Positions 62,423 through 64,000 of a stretch of 64,000 nucleotides of DNA are shown in pieces. The stretch's first letter is position 1, and every line of letters starts with the position of its first letter. The position numbers and the translations under genes were made by a program. Source of the DNA: Botryllus schlosseri (lineage: Eukaryota); assembly GCA_051294905.1 (NCBI GenBank), contig CM119371.1:34350001-34414000 (forward strand), given 5' to 3'. Under the pieces are notes generated by a model. It worked only from the letters and a program-made list of their open reading frames with translations. It was not told the DNA's origin and did no database searches.

Positions 62423-64000
62423 TGTTAGAATGTCTTTCAATTCCCAATTTATGCGGTTCACTCGCGTAGCATAATGTAGTGGGCCTCTTTGATGTTGATA
62501 TCTCACACAACACAACAAAAAGTGCTCTACAGATTCTTCTGCATTGCATTGCTGACCTAGTGGAGTCCCAGAACAACGGTTCTTATGCAAACGTTGATTC
62601 AGTCTGCAATGGAGGCTTCTTAATCTCAGTAGAATTATGTCTCTTCGCCGTATTCCAATTTTAGCTATGACGTCGGTAATTGATGGTCGCAGATTCTTAT
62701 ACGCTCTTCCGGTGTCAGTGATTTGGTATATCTGATCCGGTAACTTGTAGTATTCAAGGAAGGAGAAATCCCGATCCCATGAATTGCTATGTACCTGAAC
62801 CGTTAATCTTCGCAGTGGTGGCCAAACACCATTTTACGTTGTATCAGGTGGAGCTTTGAAATGACGCTTCGACTGATCTGAATCCTTTTTGGCCGGGTTC
62901 GCATTCCTCAAAGGTCGTTTTATTTTCTATTTTGAAAAATTAACCAAAATTTTCAGAAATGAGCCGCCAAGAGAATCCGATTAATTGGCACTGTCGTAAT
63001 AGTAGTTGGTATTTACTTGCCGTCTACGCGACCACCAAAGAATAGGCGAACGACCCCACGAGGGTCGCGACCACTAGATTGGGAGCCCCTGTGTTATAGA
63101 ATCGACGTGGAAGTTGGGATTGATCGTTCTTTATATATCTGGATAGAAGCCAACAGGGCTGATAATTATCGAAGTCTACGATTTAATTTTCGGTATCCAT
63201 AAGATGTGAAATTAGTTGCTATATAGCTGATCGTGCATTTAAGACCGGATGATCTAAGATGAACTCACTCCTCACGCAGTGTAATTAAGTCTCCTTGTCG
63301 TTACACCTTGGTTACATTTCCTTTATTGGAATCATTCTCTCGCAGCAATGCATTGTAAACATACACACACTCAAATAAGCACGTGCGATTTCATCACGTG
63401 GCTGTTTGAGTACCACATGACATCGCAATCGTACGCGACTGTCCTTTTATAGGAACGCCAATTCCCGCTTATTAAATGACCGCTTACCAGTGACAACATG
63501 CCACGTGAGATTTCATGGCATGGAAGAGAGCGATAAACGTAATTTATTTACGTAACCCTCAAGGCGAAACGTTTTGTTGTAAAATCACGTGGTATTTTGT
63601 TATTTACCTGGGTCACGAGACGACAACATGCCATTAAATGCCCTACCTTCAAGCTGTAGACAACTGACTCTCAACCGTCTGTCAGTGCAAATTTCCAACC
63701 AATCTTATGCCTTAATTGCAAACTTGTGCGCTTTTCCATCCATTAGAGAAATGGAACATCAAATTTTTAATTCATTTAGCAGTTTTGAACATGGTCGTTT
63801 GCATGATGTCATAACATGAAGCTCATGGTCTAATTTGGACGTCGCACTGCTACAAGTGCCGTACCAAACTGTTACCGTTTACCCGTATTCTCGTCCCATT
63901 TTATAAATTTTGTCATTTGTAGAAAGTGTCCTCTTTACTGGATCTCAAAATATGGTAATCCTATTTCAGACCATTTATACATGAACGGTAGGAAGACCTT

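Larger units (their letters stand above)
59242..63091. mobile_element. hAT Charlie/Buster-like element enlarged by nested insertions
   Basis: Ends CAGGGGTTTCCAAC..GGTCGCGACC / GGTCGCGACC..TTGGGAGCCCCTG; TSD GGTTATAG/TGTTATAG. Confidence 0.7.

Overview
Eukaryotic, AT-rich and repeat-dense genomic DNA, most likely from an invertebrate animal; the species cannot be determined from the sequence. The only convincing protein-coding genes are three intronless, same-strand paralogues of a UBE2D/Ubc4-5-type ubiquitin-conjugating enzyme (12788-13333, 29788-30309, 53231-53746). They have a nearly invariant catalytic core, heavy synonymous divergence and unrelated C-terminal tails. Two shared features stand out. 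Each copy has a consensus NF-kB (kB) site 65-103 bp upstream of its ATG although the flanks do not otherwise align. Each also has Arg at the position of UbcH5 Ser22, the same change as the laboratory S22R mutant that blocks backside ubiquitin binding. Together these suggest (inference) an NF-kB-inducible cluster of low-processivity E2 retrogenes. A tRNA-Thr(CGT) and a tRNA-Ser(AGA) lie only 3 nt apart (6450-6607) and look dicistronic. Much of the rest is non-autonomous DNA transposons, often nested and many with intact target-site duplications (TSDs): hAT Buster/Ac-type MITEs, a 3-kb element with a possible THAP remnant, a MULE-type element with TTAGG repeats and a foldback element. There are also two tRNA-derived SINE families and 3' fragments of RTE and CR1/L2-type LINEs. 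Nearly all other entries in the ORF track look spurious.
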